Source of the DNA: Ferruginibacter sp.
GTDB lineage: Bacteria > Bacteroidota > Bacteroidia > Chitinophagales > Chitinophagaceae
DNA length: 64,000 bases
Reading direction: 5' to 3'
Assembly (NCBI GenBank): GCA_031392305.1
Contig: JANMVB010000125.1
Span: 2,273 to 66,272 of the forward strand
Positions within the stretch are counted from its first letter, which is position 1. Every line of letters begins with the position of its first letter. Made by a program: the position numbers and the translations under genes. The notes beneath the pieces were generated by a model. That model ran no database searches. It saw nothing but the letters and a program-made list of their open reading frames with translations, and had not been told where the DNA came from. Positions 39,609-49,938 of this stretch are shown piece after piece.

Positions 39609-40007
39609 TTATAAAAATCTTTGTTTTAAATCTGGTGATGGTATCATACAAACGTCCTTTTTACCAAACCATTTATACCGGTTAGATGCAATCCAATCGT
39701 ACAACCCATCCCTTATAAATTTTGGTACAATAATAAAGCCATACAATAAAGGCCACAAACCGGTTAAATACTTACACACTTTTAATGCAGCAGTTGATTG
39801 GGTATATACTCTGCCGGCTTCAATAAATAAAAAGGAAGTAAAATTGGTGGTAGAAAACTGGTATTGCCTCAGCAACAGCTGGCCCTGTTCACTTTGCAGC
39901 GCACCAAACCTGATAGATTTATTTTTATCTCTTTTAATTGTAAAATTTACCGCACCATTACAAAAGTTACAAATGCCATCGAATAATATAATTGTGTGAT
40001 TGTTCAT
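39609..40007 (-). CDS. DCC-family thiol-disulfide oxidoreductase (DUF393/YuxK)
   Basis: FDGICNFCN, FGALQS, RDGLYDWIASNRYKWFG motifs. Confidence 0.9.
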   Translation of the reverse strand: MNNHTIILFDGICNFCNGAVNFTIKRDKNKSIRFGALQSEQGQLLLRQYQFSTTNFTSFLFIEAGRVYTQSTAALKVCKYLTGLWPLLYGFIIVPKFIRDGLYDWIASNRYKWFGKKDVCMIPSPDLKQRFL

Positions 40008-40048
40008 TTAATTGGGATGCTACAAGGCAAATACCAGGTGCTAATATT

Positions 40049-40252
40049 CTATAATTGTGATACTTTTTTCATCTCGAAATGTGTCCTGTCCATTTTTGGA
40101 GGATTTAAAATGTCAAAACCAAAACTTTGGGCAGTGAGATAATAGCTACGCCTCAATCGTTCTTTGACAGTAATTTCTTTTCCATTGCAAATGGATGAAT
40201 CTGCTTCTTCAAAAGTTTGTATTTTAAATGCGGTCCGATCTAATTTATACAT
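40049..40252 (-). CDS. Small hypothetical protein with duplicated DRT.F motif
   Basis: MYKLDRTAFK...PPKMDRTHF; TAACTTTG box at 40258-40265 supports the ATG at 40252. Confidence 0.65.
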   Translation of the reverse strand: MYKLDRTAFKIQTFEEADSSICNGKEITVKERLRRSYYLTAQSFGFDILNPPKMDRTHFEMKKVSQL

Positions 40253-40359
40253 GATTGCAAAGTTAGATGAAAAGATAATAACCGTTGAAGGCAACTGGCA
40301 TAGTACTCCGTTTACATATTTCTTACTTTGGTTAGCGTGAGAGCACGTTGGTAAAGATC

Positions 40360-40398
40360 CCCATAGGTATTCAGTACAAGGTGAGTGACACAACTATG
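40360..40398 (-). repeat. REP-like element, copy 11
   Basis: CCCATAGGTATTCAGTACAAGGTGAGTGACACAACTATG. Confidence 0.9.
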
Positions 40399-40432
40399 CT
40401 TAATTGAAACACAAATGCTTGTATTCAAAAAT

Positions 40433-40460
40433 AAAAAAGCACCAGTCAACACCGGTGCTT
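40433..40460 (-). terminator. Intrinsic terminator after pdhC
   Basis: A-tract-GCACC...GGTGC-TTT. Confidence 0.7.
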
Positions 40461-40483
40461 TAAATAAATATGTTTATTAAAAA

Positions 40484-42177
40484 TTATACCAGCATAGTAA
40501 CCGGGTTCTCCAAAAACTTCTTGAGTGTTTGTAAGAAAGCGGCACCCACTGCACCATCTACGCTTCTATGGTCGCAGCTTAGGGTAAGTTTCATAATGTT
40601 GATCACTCCAAATCCATCTCCCTTTTTTATAACCTTTTCTTTGATTGCACCCACCGCTAAAATGGCGCTGTCCGGCGGATTGATGATGGCGGTAAATTCT
40701 TCAATATCCATCATGCCGAGGTTAGAAACCGTGAAGGTATTGCCACTGAATTCGGCTGGTTGTAATTTTTTATCTTTTGCCTTGCCGTATAATTCTTTTG
40801 CATCGGCGGCAATTTGTGATAGCGTTTTTTGATCGGCAAAACGAATAACAGGAACAATTAATCCTTCAGGTAACGCCAACGCCGAGCCGATATGAATATG
40901 ATGATTGTGCCGGATGAAATCTCCCATCCAACTGCTGTTTACATCGGGATGCTGACGTAGGGCCATGGCACATGCTTTAATGATCATATCATTAAAAGAA
41001 ATTTTTACCGGGCTTACTTCGTTCATGGCTACACGTGAGGTCATGGCATTGCCCATGTTAATTTCCATGGTGAGGTAAAAATGCGGGGCGCTGAATTTGC
41101 TTTCGCCCAGGCGGCGGGCAATTACTTTTCGCATTTGGGTTAAGGGAGTATCGGTAAATCCTTCCTGTCCGTTTGCAACAAACGCAGTAGCTGGTTTAGC
41201 TGGTGAGGCAACAGGTGCTGCTTTTGCAGGTACCGGTGCCGGGGCTTGTGCGGCAGCCGGTACATAACTATCAATATCTTTTTTGGTGATGCGGCCATTA
41301 TCGCCGCTGCCATTTACTTTGCTAATATCAATGCCTTTATCTGCTGCTAATTTTTTGGCCAGTGGAGAGGCTTTAATCCTGCCATCAGTTGTAGCAACCG
41401 GCGCTTCGGGTGTGGATGTTGCCTGTGCTGCTTCACCGGTCGGCGCTGTTGCATCAATTGGTTTTGCTGCTTCACCTCCTGCATTTGCACCTGATTTTTC
41501 TGCTGCCACATAAGCACTTATATCTGTACCTGCTTTACCAACAATCGCAATTATTTCATTAATTTTTGCTGCACTACCGGCTTCAACACCAATATATAAA
41601 AGTGTACCTTCTTCATATCCTACTACTTCCATGGTGGCTTTATCTGTTTCCACATCCGCAAGTACATCATCGCTTTTTACAGCATCACCTACTTTTTTAT
41701 TCCATGATACAATTTTTCCTTCTGTCATGGTATCGCTCAGCAAAGGCATACGGATTTCTTTTGCTCCGGCTGGCAATGCTACTTTTGCGCCATTGGATGA
41801 TGGTGCAGGTATTGCTTCCTTTGCAGGGGCTGTTTCTTTTGCGGCAACCGGTGCTTCGGCTGGGGCTGCTGGTGTTGCTTCTACAGGTTTTGCTGCTGCT
41901 GGTCCGCCTGCTGCATCAAGGGCAGATTTATAATCTTCGCCATCCTTACCAATCACTGCTAAAATTCCTTCTACCTGCACGGATTTCCCTTTTTCCACAC
42001 CGATGTATAATAACGTACCATCGTTATAACTTTCCAACTCCATGGTGCTTTATCCGTTTCAACTTCGGCCAATAAATCACCCGATTTTACTTTGTCACCT
42101 ACTTTTTTATGCCACTCTACAATCACACCTTCTGTCATGGTATCACTCATACGGGGCATGCGAATCACTTCTGCCAT
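40484..42177 (-). CDS. pdhC: Pyruvate dehydrogenase E2 (two lipoyl domains), with a -1 frameshift near 42045
   Basis: [16 protein letters not shown] lipoyl motifs, ASPLAKKLA binding domain, DHRSVDG catalytic motif; split over ORFs 41971-42177 and 40484-42043. Confidence 0.9.
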
Positions 42178-42289
42178 AATTGATAATTTCTAATGTTTTG
42201 AAATGGAAGCCGAAATTAATGCAAAAAAGGGAATTATACACCCTATTATTAATGGGGATAGGCACCAGTGCTGACGGCATAATAAATTT

Positions 42290-44107
42290 TTAGTCAAGCT
42301 CAAGTTTCAAACGGTCCCTCAGCTCTTTTACAAGTGGATATTCCTCTATTATTTTAAGGTATTGTTGCTTCCTGTTTAATACAATTTCTGCAGGTGCCGT
42401 ATGCTCTTCCTGTTCTGTTACAATTACCTGGTACACTAATAACCGGTTGTTAAAATATTCCTGGAGGTGAGCCACCAGGTCGGCCCTTTCTACTTCAATA
42501 AAAGCTTTATGAATTTCTCCCCTGGTAATAATCTCCACGGTATTATTATCAATCACCCTTAATGCAGCCAGTTTAAAATTGGTAACTGCTGAATGGTTAT
42601 TTTTCTTTCTCAGCTTTTCGATGAACAAGCCCCAGGAAGCATGCAGGTCTTCTTCTGTAAGAATTTTCACTTCGGGCTCTCCTGCCCTGTTTTTAAGTGC
42701 AATCTGCTGGCGGATATTACTGAGCGAAGCAAGTCCTGTTCTTACATCCCCTCCAGCCTGTTGTGGTGAAGTAGTGGTAATGGGTGTTCCATTATTTTTA
42801 AAGGCTTGTTCCTTAACCGGCAGGGGTGGTTTTGCAGCCGGTTGTTGTATTATCAAGGTAGCTTCTGCGGATTTACTGTGCAGTTCCGGATTATTTGCAA
42901 TCGTAGTTCCCTCCTTTAATGCAACCGGCTGTATTGCCCTGAACGCAACTGTTTTTGCACCATCAATCAGTTTTTTTTTACTTACCACACCATCGTTGTT
43001 TACAAGTTCCAGCGCCTGCTGCAGGTAACTTAGTTTAATGATGGTGAGTTCAACATGTAACCGCTTGTTACGTGCCTGTTTATAATTTAGTTCGGCCTCG
43101 TTTAAAATATTTAAGGCACTGATAATATAGGCAGCCGAAATTTTTTGAGCAGTTTGTAAATATTTCTGTTTAAAGTCCTCGGCCACCTCAAGCAGCATCG
43201 CTACTTTAGCATCCCGGCTTACCAACAGATTGCGTAAAAATTCTGCAAAGCCATTCAGCACAAGGTCGCCTTCAAAACCTTTGCGGTTTATTTCGTCATA
43301 CATTAATAAGGCAGCCCCCAGGTCTTGTTGTTGCACATGGTCCAATAGCTTAAAATAATAATCTTCATCTAATATATTCAGGTGTTCAAGTGTATTTTTA
43401 TAAGTTACTTCACCACTGGTAAAGCTTACTATTTTATCCAAAATACTTAATGAATCCCTCATGCAGCCTTCACTTTTTTGGGCTATTACATGCAGGGCTG
43501 TTTTTTCAGCAGTGATGTTTTCTTTGCCGCAAATTTCCTGTAAATGTTCAACCGTATCATTATTGGTAATGCGTTTAAAATCGAAAATCTGACAGCGGCT
43601 GAGTATGGTAGGTAAAATTTTATGTTTCTCCGTAGTAGCTAAAATAAAAATCGCATAAGGTGGCGGTTCTTCCAGCGTTTTTAAAAATGCGTTAAAGGCA
43701 GATGCACTAAGCATATGTACCTCATCCACAATATATACTTTGTATTTACCAGCCTGTGGGGCAAAGCGCACCTGCTCTACCAGTGTGCGGATATCATCCA
43801 CAGAGTTGTTACTCGCCGCATCCAGCTCATGAATATTTAATGAAATGCCTGCATCGAAAGACACACAGCTATTACAGGTATTGCAGGCTTCTCCATCTTT
43901 GGATTGATTTTCACAATTAATGGTTTTCGCCAGTATCCTGGCGCAGGTTGTTTTGCCTACGCCCCTTGGTCCGCAAAATAAAAATGCATGTGCAAGCTGG
44001 TTATTTTTTATAGCATTTTTTAAGGTAGTGGTAATATGTGCCTGCCCCACCACAGTAGAAAAATTCTGCGGCCTGTATTTGCGTGCTGATACTATGAATT
44101 TATCCAT
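42290..44107 (-). CDS. dnaX: DNA polymerase III subunits gamma/tau
   Basis: ARKYRPQ, GPRGVGKTT, ELDAASNNSVDDIR, LKTLEEPP, SRCQ motifs. Confidence 0.95.
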   Translation of the reverse strand: MDKFIVSARKYRPQNFSTVVGQAHITTTLKNAIKNNQLAHAFLFCGPRGVGKTTCARILAKTINCENQSKDGEACNTCNSCVSFDAGISLNIHELDAASNNSVDDIRTLVEQVRFAPQAGKYKVYIVDEVHMLSASAFNAFLKTLEEPPPYAIFILATTEKHKILPTILSRCQIFDFKRITNNDTVEHLQEICGKENITAEKTALHVIAQKSEGCMRDSLSILDKIVSFTSGEVTYKNTLEHLNILDEDYYFKLLDHVQQQDLGAALLMYDEINRKGFEGDLVLNGFAEFLRNLLVSRDAKVAMLLEVAEDFKQKYLQTAQKISAAYIISALNILNEAELNYKQARNKRLHVELTIIKLSYLQQALELVNNDGVVSKKKLIDGAKTVAFRAIQPVALKEGTTIANNPELHSKSAEATLIIQQPAAKPPLPVKEQAFKNNGTPITTTSPQQAGGDVRTGLASLSNIRQQIALKNRAGEPEVKILTEEDLHASWGLFIEKLRKKNNHSAVTNFKLAALRVIDNNTVEIITRGEIHKAFIEVERADLVAHLQEYFNNRLLVYQVIVTEQEEHTAPAEIVLNRKQQYLKIIEEYPLVKELRDRLKLELD

Positions 44108-44253
44108 TTTAATCCTTTCGCCTGTTACGGAAATTTAAATAATTTTTACTGCTGCAAGTTAAGGAACACTTTACTCTTTTTAGGTTTCTACCGCCATTTG
44201 TAATTCACAATACTTTGCGTTTATTCTTGTCCAAACAAAGAAGCCTTGGTCAT

Positions 44254-44292
44254 CATCGTTGTGTCACTCACTTGTACCGCATACCTATGTGG
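44254..44292 (+). repeat. REP-like element, copy 12
   Basis: CATCGTTGTGTCACTCACTTGTACCGCATACCTATGTGG. Confidence 0.95.
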
Positions 44293-44449
44293 GTCATTTC
44301 CCACAATATACATTTGCCTACCATTAATTGCTTTTCAAAATGCTCATCAATGTAAAAATTGTAAAAAATTAGACCTCGGGTTTTTCAAATAAGGGTATTA
44401 AAAAAGGCCATCCTTCAGGACAGCCTTAAATTATTTGACAGTTTTAAAA

Positions 44450-44650
44450 TTACCAGCCTTTTTTAGCAACGCCGTCTTTAACCGCTTCCAATGCTCTTGC
44501 TTCGCCAAGCATGGTGGTCATTTTATTACCCTTGCCGTCATTGCCCTGGGCCATGTATCCGCCACGGGCTGTTTTGGTTATCACTGCATCCTGCATGGGA
44601 ACGTCTTTTTCTTTCGTTTTCATGCAATAGGCTGTTAACATTTTTGACAT
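44450..44650 (-). CDS. Small DUF5679-like protein
   Basis: AYCMKTKEK motif; followed by a hairpin at ~44401-44427. Confidence 0.65.
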   Translation of the reverse strand: MSKMLTAYCMKTKEKDVPMQDAVITKTARGGYMAQGNDGKGNKMTTMLGEARALEAVKDGVAKKGW

Positions 44651-44905
44651 TTTGTAGAATTTATGGTTAATAAATATGGGTGAAGTAGTAAACTTCAAGG
44701 TACAAGCTACTAAAATTATTGGTTTTAGCAAAAAAATGAAGCTATCACGGGGAAATTGTACAATAACCCTTCAAAGCCTTTTTTAAATGAATTAAGCGGC
44801 CAGGTAATTTTCAGTAAAATTTTTTAGCCCACAACTGCTTATCTCAAATTCTGTTACAAAGAATAAATATCCTAACCATTTGTACATTTGTAGTAAATAA
44901 AACAG

Positions 44906-45754
44906 ATGTCAAGCCTTACTATCACTACCATACAAACGAACCTTGCCTGGGAAAATAAAGCTGCTAACCTCCGCATGCTGAAAGACAAAATAAATGAAGC
45001 AGGTGCAAAAACAGAAGTGGTGGTTTTGCCGGAGATGTTTAGTACCGGTTTTAGTATGCAGGCACCTTTACTGGCCGAAACAATGGACGGAGAAACAATT
45101 GCCTGGATGAAAGAAATGGCATCAACAAATAAAATAATACTAACCGGCAGTGTAATCATTAAAGAAAATGAGCAATACTTTAACCGCCTCATCTGGATGC
45201 TGCCCAATGGTCAATATGGATATTATGACAAACGCCATTTATTTACTCTTGGGAAGGAACATGAATATTACAGCCCCGGCAACAAACGTCTTATAGCATC
45301 CGTAAAAGGTTGGAAAATAAATCTGCAGATTTGTTACGATCTCCGTTTTCCGGTATGGGCAAGAAACCGCATTATAGAAGAGGAATTACCTTATAAGGAA
45401 AGCCAATTGATTGAAGCACCTGATGGGCAACCTATTGCCACGCTTCGGCCAGAGTATGACTTGTTGATTTACGTTGCCAACTGGCCCGAAAGAAGGAGCC
45501 ATGCATGGAAAACATTGTTGTGTGCCCGGGCTATCGAAAATCAATGTTATGTGGTGGGTGTAAACAGGGTAGGCAAGGATGGGCACAATAATAATCACAG
45601 TGGCAACAGCCTGGTAATTGATCCATTTGGTGAAGTATTATACCACATGGCAGATGAAGAAGATGTCGCAACCACTACGTTATATAAAGAAAAGCTGGAA
45701 GAGGTGAGGACAAAGCTGCCTTTTTGGAAAGATGGAGATAATTTTATGATATAA
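44906..45754 (+). CDS. Carbon-nitrogen hydrolase (YafV/Nit2 omega-amidase-like)
   Basis: LPEMF, YDKRHLF, ICYDLRFP, VANWP, ARAIEN motifs. Confidence 0.9.
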   Translation: MSSLTITTIQTNLAWENKAANLRMLKDKINEAGAKTEVVVLPEMFSTGFSMQAPLLAETMDGETIAWMKEMASTNKIILTGSVIIKENEQYFNRLIWMLPNGQYGYYDKRHLFTLGKEHEYYSPGNKRLIASVKGWKINLQICYDLRFPVWARNRIIEEELPYKESQLIEAPDGQPIATLRPEYDLLIYVANWPERRSHAWKTLLCARAIENQCYVVGVNRVGKDGHNNNHSGNSLVIDPFGEVLYHMADEEDVATTTLYKEKLEEVRTKLPFWKDGDNFMI

Positions 45755-45864
45755 TAATAATTTAACGCTTTCAATACTTTGCAAGCAAGGGGTAAAATAG
45801 TGAAATTAAATTCCTGATAATTTTCAAAATCAATTGGTATTTTATTTATAACGCAATTAAAGAT

Positions 45865-45903
45865 CCCCAATGGTATGCGGTACAAGTGAGTGACACAACG
45901 ATG
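45865..45903 (-). repeat. REP-like element, copy 13
   Basis: CCCCAATGGTATGCGGTACAAGTGAGTGACACAACGATG. Confidence 0.95.
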
Positions 45904-45984
45904 ATGCCCATGGCTGCTTTTCGTTTGGACAAAAAACCATGACTTACTTTTTAAACCCTTGTGGTGTAATTGTATTTACTCCCA

Positions 45985-47475
45985 TTATTTAGGTTTTGCA
46001 TTAATCATTTCCATTACCATTTCCATTTTCCGATCAATGCCTTTTCTTACTCCTTCTACCGTGGGGAGAACATAAATATCCGGCACCACCCCCCTTCCGT
46101 TTTTAGGTACATGATTATATTGTACCAGCTTAAATAATGGCAGCCTCACTCTTAATTTAGTGATGGGCAAAGTAATATCTGGTATCAGCAGGCCACTATT
46201 GCCATGCCAGCCACCGCCGGTTTCTTCACCCACTAATGTTACATTCTCCTGCCCTTTTACCGCATTGCAAAATAAAGTTGACGCAGAAAATGTTGGCCCG
46301 TTGGTTAAAACATATACATCACCATCAAAATGGTTTCGTTCTCTTGGTTTAAAATAATGCCGCTCATAATAACCAAAATGATAAAGATTGTCTTTTTGTT
46401 TTTTGGTCATAAAAAATAAGCCGATATTATTAAATAATCCATGGTTTATATATTTTGTGTAGGGCCTTAATGATTTAGTTACGGCATAACTCGTATCAGC
46501 TACTTTAAATTTTGTTTTGCGTATAAATTTTGTAAGCAGCACATACATACCCACATCTCCGCCGCCATTACTGCGTAAATCAAGTACCAGGTTTTGTACC
46601 TGTTGCTGCCTCAATTTTCTAAAAGACTCTTTAATAAATATCCTCAACCGTATGCCATCTGCTTTACTAAAAGTATTAAGTGACATAGTTGCAGTTTTGC
46701 CCGTACTGTCAATTTCAAGTGAGCGCACAAATAACCTTCTTTGTTTGCTGGTTAGCTTTTTAGGCTTTGTGGCTTGCCGGGCAATTTGTTGTTTTCTTGC
46801 TGAATCTGTTATTGGCGTAAAGAGGGGTAACAATGCCGACTTTTCTTTTCCTGTACTATCAATATATTGTACCCGGTAATTTTTATAAATACCAAAAATA
46901 TTTCTATGATAAAAAGGAAAATTACTACTAAGGCGGGTGAAGTTTACATTATCCGCATATCCATCCAGCGGCAGGTATTCAAACATTTTTTGCACGAGTT
47001 GTTTATTGCGTATTCCGTTTATGGAGGTAATCAACATACCTCTTTTAATGAGGGAATCTTTTCTGTTAAGGTTAGCTGTTACCACCATGGTATCTCCCCA
47101 TACTCTCATCAGCAGCGGAAATGAAGGTGTTCCTTTGTTTCTTATAAACCTGCCCCACTTTTTACTCATGCCAACACTTGTATGGCCGCAGCGTACTTTT
47201 TGTGTAAGGGGTGCCAGTATTTTCCAGCCAAACTGTAGTTCCGTCATCGAATCGCCGATATGATTATACAGGCTGTCGAAGTAATAGTTCATACTATCTT
47301 TTGTTGTGTACCAGTAAAGTGCCGGATGTTTTTTTTCAAGTATATCCCGAAGCAATGAATAATCCTGCTGCAGCTCCTGCTTAGTGAATTTTTTGGAGGG
47401 ATTATAATTTGTAACAGCACACCCGGTAAACAGTACCATTGAAATGATGAGGAATAAAAAATTTGCTTTTTGCAT
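45985..47475 (-). CDS. S41-family peptidase (lipoprotein)
   Basis: LDLRSNGGG, TFSAST, VGEETGG, GVVPD motifs; lipobox FTGC. Confidence 0.85.
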   Translation of the reverse strand: MQKANFLFLIISMVLFTGCAVTNYNPSKKFTKQELQQDYSLLRDILEKKHPALYWYTTKDSMNYYFDSLYNHIGDSMTELQFGWKILAPLTQKVRCGHTSVGMSKKWGRFIRNKGTPSFPLLMRVWGDTMVVTANLNRKDSLIKRGMLITSINGIRNKQLVQKMFEYLPLDGYADNVNFTRLSSNFPFYHRNIFGIYKNYRVQYIDSTGKEKSALLPLFTPITDSARKQQIARQATKPKKLTSKQRRLFVRSLEIDSTGKTATMSLNTFSKADGIRLRIFIKESFRKLRQQQVQNLVLDLRSNGGGDVGMYVLLTKFIRKTKFKVADTSYAVTKSLRPYTKYINHGLFNNIGLFFMTKKQKDNLYHFGYYERHYFKPRERNHFDGDVYVLTNGPTFSASTLFCNAVKGQENVTLVGEETGGGWHGNSGLLIPDITLPITKLRVRLPLFKLVQYNHVPKNGRGVVPDIYVLPTVEGVRKGIDRKMEMVMEMINAKPK

Positions 47476-47566
47476 TATTTGTTTTCTGCTAAGTGGTACT
47501 GTGCCAGGTATTTGTTTTTGGTTGACGATGAAATGCGTAATTATTTATTTAATAAAATAAAGTACT

Positions 47567-48739
47567 TCATTTACTTGCTGTTTCAATTTTACTTTGTTCT
47601 TCTTCTATAATTTTTCTTAAATCTTCTTCGTTTGGCAAATTGATCATGTACTTATTTACAAATACCTTTTGTGCCAGACCTGTTGTAGCATATTTTACGA
47701 GGTTTTCGTTTTTATTTGCACAGAGAATTATCCCAACCGGTATATTATCTCCTTCGTTGGTTTCATTGTCTTTATAATAGTTGAGATACATATTCATTTG
47801 CCCTGCATCGGCATGGGTAAATTCTCCTAATTTTAAATCTACCAAAACGTTGCACCTCAATACCCGATGGTAAAATACAAGATCAATGTGATAATGGGTG
47901 TTATCGAAAGTAATTCGTTTTTGGCGAGCTTCAAAGCAGAAGCCCCTGCCCATTTCTAATAAAAATGTTTGCAGATGGTTTATGATGGCTTGCTCCAAAT
48001 CTGATTCACTATATATTTCTTCTTCTTTTAAGCCTAAAAACTCTAACATGTATGGATTACGAAAAATATCCTCTGGCAAAAGCTTTTGCTGATTATTGTT
48101 TTTTTCTAAAACAGCTTTCTTATTGGTGCTTAATCCTGTACGTTCAAACAGCATACTATTCATTGCACGTTGAAGCTCCCTGACAGACCAACTGTTTTTT
48201 ATAGCTTCCATTTCATAAAAGCTACGTTTTAGTTGTTCATCAGCTTTTAGCAATTCGATAATATGTGTAAAACTTAACTGATTAATAAGTTTGTCCATTT
48301 CCAACTCAGATTTTGCAGTCACTGACTGCAAAATCCTGGAGGGTGGTTCATTTTCATTTCCTATAGAATCATTTCTTGTCCCTATGAATTTTGCGGTCAG
48401 TGACCGCAAAATTTCAATGTTCTGAAAATCAGTGAGATACGATTTTGCGGTCACTGACCGCAAAATGTTGGGATAGGCAATGTAAAAGTCTTTGCACAAA
48501 TACAAATGCCGCTCACGAATTTGTTTGAAATCTTGTTTTTCAAGTCGTTTAGCTATTTCTTTCAATACCTTCTGCCCATACTCAGCTCTGTCTGCTCCGT
48601 TAAGTTCATATTCGGCTATATAAAAACCAAACAGCCAGTTGCGTAGGGTAAGGGCTGTATTTACCTGGCGCTGCGCCTGCTGTTTAAAATAAAGTTGGGT
48701 TTCGCCAATGAGTGAAACCAGTTCATTTATAGTTGCCAT
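47567..48739 (-). CDS. DUF1016/YhcG PD-(D/E)XK nuclease-like protein
   Basis: NWLFGFYIAEYE, LSFTHIIEL, WSVRELQR, FLLEMGRGF, IDLVFYH, VDLK, GQMNMY motifs. Confidence 0.9.
   Translation of the reverse strand: MATINELVSLIGETQLYFKQQAQRQVNTALTLRNWLFGFYIAEYELNGADRAEYGQKVLKEIAKRLEKQDFKQIRERHLYLCKDFYIAYPNILRSVTAKSYLTDFQNIEILRSLTAKFIGTRNDSIGNENEPPSRILQSVTAKSELEMDKLINQLSFTHIIELLKADEQLKRSFYEMEAIKNSWSVRELQRAMNSMLFERTGLSTNKKAVLEKNNNQQKLLPEDIFRNPYMLEFLGLKEEEIYSESDLEQAIINHLQTFLLEMGRGFCFEARQKRITFDNTHYHIDLVFYHRVLRCNVLVDLKLGEFTHADAGQMNMYLNYYKDNETNEGDNIPVGIILCANKNENLVKYATTGLAQKVFVNKYMINLPNEEDLRKIIEEEQSKIETASK
48310..48466. repeat. Three perfect palindromes inside the DUF1016 gene
   Basis: ATTTTGCRGTCA-S-TGAYYGCAAAAT at 48310-48334, 48387-48413 and 48442-48466. 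Confidence 0.9.
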
Positions 48740-48778
48740 AATAATTAATGCTACATTCCCAAAACATAATTCATACAA

Positions 48779-49810
48779 TTACTTTTCCATGTGGTTCCAA
48801 CCCTGGGCTACCAATTTATGTTTGTTGCCTCCCCTTGTTAAAATATGCGTGCCTTCTTCCACATCTGTCATGTAACCAATCACACTAATCTGTTCATTCA
48901 ATAAAATTTTATCATAATCGCTTTGGGCAAGGGTAAACAACAGTTCGTAATCTTCACCACCACTTAATGCGCAGGCGGTGGGGTCAAGCTCAAGTTTGTA
49001 GGCAAATTGCCTGGCCTCTTCATGTATTGGAATTTTATCTTCATACAGTATGCAGCCAAGATTGCTTTGTTTACAAATATGCAGTGTTTCGCTGCTGAGG
49101 CCATCACTCACATCAATCATGGAGGTTGGCGTAATTTCATTCTCTGCAAAAAATTCAATGATGTCTTTCCTGGCTTCTGGTTTTAATAACCTGCCAACAA
49201 TATATGCCTGGTCTTCAAGATCTGGTTGCGAGCCGGTTTCAGCAAAAATCCGCTTTTCCCTTTCCAATATAGTAAGCCCCAAAAAAGCACCACCCAAAAA
49301 ACCGGAAACACAAAGCAGATTGCCTTTTTGCGCTGTGCTTCTTTTTACAAATTTACCGGGTGATACTTCCCCAATGGCAGTTACACAAATAACAAATCCC
49401 TTTTGCGAAGAAGTAGTGTCGCCACCTACCAGGTCAACATGGTATTTTTCGCAGGCTGCATAAACACCTTCATAAAATTCATCCAGCGCCTCCAGGCTAA
49501 AACGGTTACTGAAAGCAATGCTCAGCGTAATTTGCGTAGGCGTTGCATTCATCGCATACACGTCGCTGATATTTACCATAATGCTTTTGTAACCCAAATG
49601 TTTCATCGGGGTGTACATCAAATCAAAATGGATGCCTTCTACCAGCATATCTGTGGTGATAACGGTTTGTTTGCCAAAATGATCTATTACAGCAGCATCA
49701 TCTCCCACACTCAGAATGGTGGAGACATTGTTGGTTTCATTGTTTTTGGTAAGGTGGTCAATTAACCCAAACTCGCCCAATGATGATATTTCTGTTCTTT
49801 CGTTGTCCAT
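48779..49810 (-). CDS. thiL: Thiamine-monophosphate kinase
   Basis: GEFGLI, GDDAAV, NISDVYAM, GGDT, DVSDGL, GGEDYELLF motifs. Confidence 0.95.
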   Translation of the reverse strand: MDNERTEISSLGEFGLIDHLTKNNETNNVSTILSVGDDAAVIDHFGKQTVITTDMLVEGIHFDLMYTPMKHLGYKSIMVNISDVYAMNATPTQITLSIAFSNRFSLEALDEFYEGVYAACEKYHVDLVGGDTTSSQKGFVICVTAIGEVSPGKFVKRSTAQKGNLLCVSGFLGGAFLGLTILEREKRIFAETGSQPDLEDQAYIVGRLLKPEARKDIIEFFAENEITPTSMIDVSDGLSSETLHICKQSNLGCILYEDKIPIHEEARQFAYKLELDPTACALSGGEDYELLFTLAQSDYDKILLNEQISVIGYMTDVEEGTHILTRGGNKHKLVAQGWNHMEK

Positions 49811-49841
49811 TATTTATTTGGTTTATATGGTGGGTAAAGAT

Positions 49842-49880
49842 CCACAATGGTATTCAGTACAAGAGTGCGACGCAACGATG
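49842..49880 (-). repeat. REP-like element, copy 14 (GCGTCGC subtype)
   Basis: CCACAATGGTATTCAGTACAAGAGTGCGACGCAACGATG. Confidence 0.9.
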
Positions 49881-49938
49881 TTGAGCCTTGCTTCATAGCC
49901 CGGACAAAAATATTATTATATTTATTGACTTGCAGCTT

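Noticed and set aside
40253-40398. N-terminal extension of ORF 40049-40393
   Set aside because: Runs through a REP copy and the promoter box; similar REP-derived peptide text appears in ORFs 14270-14482, 34177-34443, 35989-36189 and 60439-60663, all spurious
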